NCBI GenBank assembly: GCA_046759165.1
Contig: JBHIBS010000020.1
Coordinates: 1 to 30,145, forward strand
Length of the DNA stretch: 30,145 nucleotides
Reading direction: 5' to 3'
From: a bacterium
Lineage (GTDB): Bacteria; UBA6262; WVXT01
How positions within the stretch are numbered: position 1 is the stretch's first letter; each line of letters opens with the position of its first letter. Both the position numbers and the translations under genes were made by a program. The notes beneath the pieces are model-generated. The model was not told the DNA's origin, searched no databases, and saw nothing but the letters and a program-made list of their open reading frames with translations. This document shows positions 26,970 to 30,145 of this stretch, one piece after another.

Positions 26970-28109
26970 TCATTGCCTGAACATCTTTTTAAAAATTCCC
27001 TTACTGCGTTCATGTTCCAGACTTCGCAATTCCTCGAGCAATTTCTTCTGCTCAGAGGTGAGCTTGGTCGGCACCTGGACAATCACTCTCACATACTCAT
27101 CCCCCTGACCACTACCATGAAGGCTGGGCATTCCCTTTCTCTTAAGCTTAAATACTTTATGTGTAGGTGTGCCCGGAGGAACACGCATCTTTACACTACT
27201 CCTTAGAGTGGGAACTTCAATCTCGCCACCAAGGCAAGCTGTAGTGAAATGTATGGGAACCTCTATATAGAGATCGTCTCCTTCACGCTTAAAAATCTTA
27301 TGGGGCTTTACATGGATTACCACATAGAGGTCTCCACTGGGACCACCGAGTTCTCCAGCCTCGCCCTTTCCCCTCACCCTTATGCCTGTTCCAGTATCCA
27401 CTCCTGGCGGGATCTTTAAAGAAATAGAAGAACTCTTTTTAACTTTCCCTCTTCCATTACACAGGGGACAGGGCGTCTCGATGACTTCACCTGAGCCGCC
27501 ACATCGACTACATGTCTGAGAAAAACTGAAAGTGAAGAATCCTCTCCGACCATAACTGACCTGCCCTGTACCTTGACACTGGGGACAAGTCTTCCTTTCC
27601 GTTCCCGGTCTGGCACCAGCTCCCCCACATTTGGGACAGGTAACCGTATGGAAAATCTCGATCTCTTTCTCTGTCCCGGAGGCTGCCTCTTCGAGGGTTA
27701 TGCTTTGAGTATATTCGAGATCTGCACCTTTTGTTGCTCTTTTCCTCCCCCCTCTGCCTGCGCCAAAGAAATCGAAAAGGTCGCCAAAAATCGACTCTCC
27801 AAAGCCGAAACTACGCAAAATATCCTCAAAGCCACTAAAATCTGCCCCACGGAAAATATCTTCATGTGTGTAAGTGGCATCGATTCCAGCATGGCCGAAC
27901 CGGTCGTACTGAGCTCTCTTCTTGGGATCGGAGAGGACAGCATATGCCTCCGATATCTCTTTAAACTTCTCCCTTGCTTCTTTTTTCTTCTCCGGCGGTA
28001 CTCTATCAGGATGGTACTGAAGGGCCAAACTACGGTATGCCCTCTTTATTTCATCCAGAGAATCATCTCTATTTATTCCCAAAACTTCATAATAATCCCT
28101 CTTAGCCAA
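26970..28109 (-). CDS. dnaJ: Chaperone DnaJ
   Basis: KRDYYEVLG, HPD, G/F region, four CxxCxGxG repeats; TTG start. Confidence 0.97.
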   Translation of the reverse strand: MAKRDYYEVLGINRDDSLDEIKRAYRSLALQYHPDRVPPEKKKEAREKFKEISEAYAVLSDPKKRAQYDRFGHAGIDATYTHEDIFRGADFSGFEDILRSFGFGESIFGDLFDFFGAGRGGRKRATKGADLEYTQSITLEEAASGTEKEIEIFHTVTCPKCGGAGARPGTERKTCPQCQGTGQVSYGRRGFFTFSFSQTCSRCGGSGEVIETPCPLCNGRGKVKKSSSISLKIPPGVDTGTGIRVRGKGEAGELGGPSGDLYVVIHVKPHKIFKREGDDLYIEVPIHFTTACLGGEIEVPTLRSSVKMRVPPGTPTHKVFKLKRKGMPSLHGSGQGDEYVRVIVQVPTKLTSEQKKLLEELRSLEHERSKGIFKKMFRQ

Positions 28110-28137
28110 ATTTTTTACCCCCGTAAGAATTGCCCGA

Positions 28138-28191
28138 GCACAGATTGAATCTGTGCCTACAATGATTTTGTAGGCATGGTTTTAACCGTAC
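28138..28191. repeat. Inverted pair of GTAG-class REP-like palindromes between dnaK and dnaJ
   Basis: gcacagatt-g-aatctgtgc-ctac followed by gtag-gcatggtt-tt-aaccgtac; the inner ends pair as tgcctacaa/ttgtaggca. Confidence 0.7.
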
Positions 28192-28214
28192 AAAAATATA
28201 ATCGAGGCACAATT

Positions 28215-30119
28215 TCAATTTTTCTTCTCCTCACCTTCATCTTTTTCTTCATATTCAGCCTCAATTACATCTTCTTTTTCTTTCTTCTTTTCTTCTTTTT
28301 TCTCCTCTTTCTTTGTCTCTTTCTCTTCTCCCGGCTTTGCTTCTCTCCTTTTCGCTGCCTCTTTATAGACCTCCTCAGCCAATCTATGGGAAGCCTTGGT
28401 AAGTTCTTCTTGAGTCTGTTTTATCTTCTCCAGGTCGTCTCCTGCCAGAGCTTCCTTTGCTACTTTCACGGCTTTCTCTATTTTTTCTCTCTCTTCTTTG
28501 GAAACTTTATCTCCATACTCCTTCAATGACCTTTCTGTAGAATAGATTACCGTATCCGCCTGATTCCTCAACTCAGCTTCCTCTTTTCGCTTCTTATCCT
28601 CACTAGAAAATTTCTCAGCGTCTTTAACCATCCTATCTATCTCTTCCTCAGAGAGTTTCATAGGAGCAGTAATCTTCATACTCTGTTCTTTCCCTGTTCC
28701 CAGATCCTTTGCAGTTACATGGAGGATTCCATTTTCATCTATGTCAAAAGTCACCTCAATCCGTGGCACGCCACGAGGAGCAGGGGGTATACCTACAAGC
28801 TGAAATGTCCCCAGTTCAGTATTATCCCTGGCCATAGGGCGCTCTCCCTGCAGGACGTGGACGTCTACTGCTGGCTGGTTATCTTCTGCAGTGGAGAAGA
28901 TTTGACTTCTCTTAGTAGGAATAGTAGTATTCCTTTCAATCAGCTTTGTGAATATTCCTCCCAATGTCTCTATCCCCAGAGAAAGTGGTGTTACGTCCAA
29001 GCAAAGCATTTCCTTAACCTCTCCAGTAACCACACCCGCCTGGATGGCAGCCCCCATAGCCACGCATTCCATAGGGTCAATACCTCTCTCTACCTTTTTC
29101 CCCACGAGGTTCTCCATAAAGCGCTGAACAATGGGCATTCTTGTAGGTCCTCCCACCAGAATTATGCGGTCAATTTCCTTAGCACTGCTCTTGGCATCTC
29201 CGAGAGCCTGTTCCACTGATTCCTGGCACTTCTCCACAGTGGGGGTGACCAGTTCCTCTAACTTCGCTCTACTTAGACTCTTTATCAGGTGTTTTGGTCC
29301 GGTAGCATCGGCAGTAATGAAGGGAAGGTTAATTTCTGTGGTAAGGGTAGTAGAAAGTTCAATCTTTGCCTTTTCTGCTGCCTCCTTTAGCCTGTGAAAA
29401 GCCATCTTGTCGTTCCTCACATCTATCCCCGTTTCTTTCTTAAACTCTTCTGCTAAATAGTCGACTATGACATTATCCATATCTGTCCCGCCGAGCTGGG
29501 TATCTCCAGCAGTTGCCTTCACTTCAAAGCCGCTGGCCTCTCTTGCCTTATCAAAGTACATTTCCAGGATGGTAACGTCGAGAGTTCCTCCTCCAAAGTC
29601 GAAGACCATAATCTTCTGCTCCTTTCCCGCCTTGTCTATTCCATAGGCTAAAGAGGCTGCTGTTGGTTCATTGATAATCCTCTCTACCTCTAATCCGGCA
29701 ATTCTACCCGCATCTTTTGTAGCTTGTCTCTGATTATCATTAAAGTAGGCAGGGCAGGTAATTATGGCCTTCTCTATTTTTTCGCCCACAAATGCTTCTG
29801 CGTCCTCTCTTATCTTCTGAAGGATGAACGCGGATATCTCCTGAGGGGTATACTCTTTTCCGAAAATCTTATACTTGTGAGGAGAGCCCATCTTTCTCTT
29901 TGCAGCCATGACCGTTCCTTCTGGATTAGAGACCGCTTGTCTCCTGGCAGGTTCTCCTACAAGTCGCTGTCCATCTTTTGTGAAACCAACATAAGAGGGG
30001 AAAGCCTTGCCCCCCAGTGTAGTACCTTCGGCACTGGGAATAATTGTAGGTTTTCCTGCAATCATAACTGCTGCTGCAGAATTGGAAGTTCCCAAATCAA
30101 TACCTATTATCTTTGCCAT
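28215..30119 (-). CDS. dnaK: Chaperone DnaK (Hsp70)
   Basis: [51 protein letters not shown]. Confidence 0.98.
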   Translation of the reverse strand: MAKIIGIDLGTSNSAAAVMIAGKPTIIPSAEGTTLGGKAFPSYVGFTKDGQRLVGEPARRQAVSNPEGTVMAAKRKMGSPHKYKIFGKEYTPQEISAFILQKIREDAEAFVGEKIEKAIITCPAYFNDNQRQATKDAGRIAGLEVERIINEPTAASLAYGIDKAGKEQKIMVFDFGGGTLDVTILEMYFDKAREASGFEVKATAGDTQLGGTDMDNVIVDYLAEEFKKETGIDVRNDKMAFHRLKEAAEKAKIELSTTLTTEINLPFITADATGPKHLIKSLSRAKLEELVTPTVEKCQESVEQALGDAKSSAKEIDRIILVGGPTRMPIVQRFMENLVGKKVERGIDPMECVAMGAAIQAGVVTGEVKEMLCLDVTPLSLGIETLGGIFTKLIERNTTIPTKRSQIFSTAEDNQPAVDVHVLQGERPMARDNTELGTFQLVGIPPAPRGVPRIEVTFDIDENGILHVTAKDLGTGKEQSMKITAPMKLSEEEIDRMVKDAEKFSSEDKKRKEEAELRNQADTVIYSTERSLKEYGDKVSKEEREKIEKAVKVAKEALAGDDLEKIKQTQEELTKASHRLAEEVYKEAAKRREAKPGEEKETKKEEKKEEKKKEKEDVIEAEYEEKDEGEEKKN

Positions 30120-30145
30120 TTGATGACCTCCTTTAGAACTAAGTT

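Noticed and set aside
1452-29397. All plus-strand ORFs and nested alternative-frame ORFs in the track
   Set aside because: They are antisense or out-of-frame shadows of well-supported minus-strand genes or spacers, with no recognisable motifs.

Overview
Chromosomal window from an anaerobic bacterium; every supportable gene is on the minus strand. In transcription order (right to left): (1) housekeeping block dnaK-dnaJ-rsmE-PAC2 family-mtaB-lepA-lepB, with DnaK/DnaJ showing archaeal-like signatures; (2) a sulfur-transfer operon (ThrC-like PLP enzyme, MoaD/CysO-like carrier ending GG, NIL protein, MoeB/ThiF E1, cysteine desulfurase, CysK) behind a consensus sigma70 promoter; (3) a 152-nt double-Y structured non-coding element; (4) a CsoR-regulated copper island (csoR, copA, two Ste14/PEMT-like membrane proteins, two YHS proteins) with an unusual sub-module: an unannotated 30-aa His/Cys peptide (HCGEGHC) preceded by coupled mini-ORFs, a secreted ~25-Cys protein built from four CcmH-like repeats plus a TRASH domain, and a membrane-anchored SagB/ThcOx-like flavoprotein; (5) a decayed nrdG-type activase; (6) a complete rnfCDGEAB operon; (7) an AT-rich tail with a TIGR04076-type pseudogene, a tautomerase and a partial RpoN-like ORF. 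The best candidate for an undescribed system is the peptide/multi-Cys/SagB module at 7555-10047. Family assignments come from motif recognition by eye; no searches were run.
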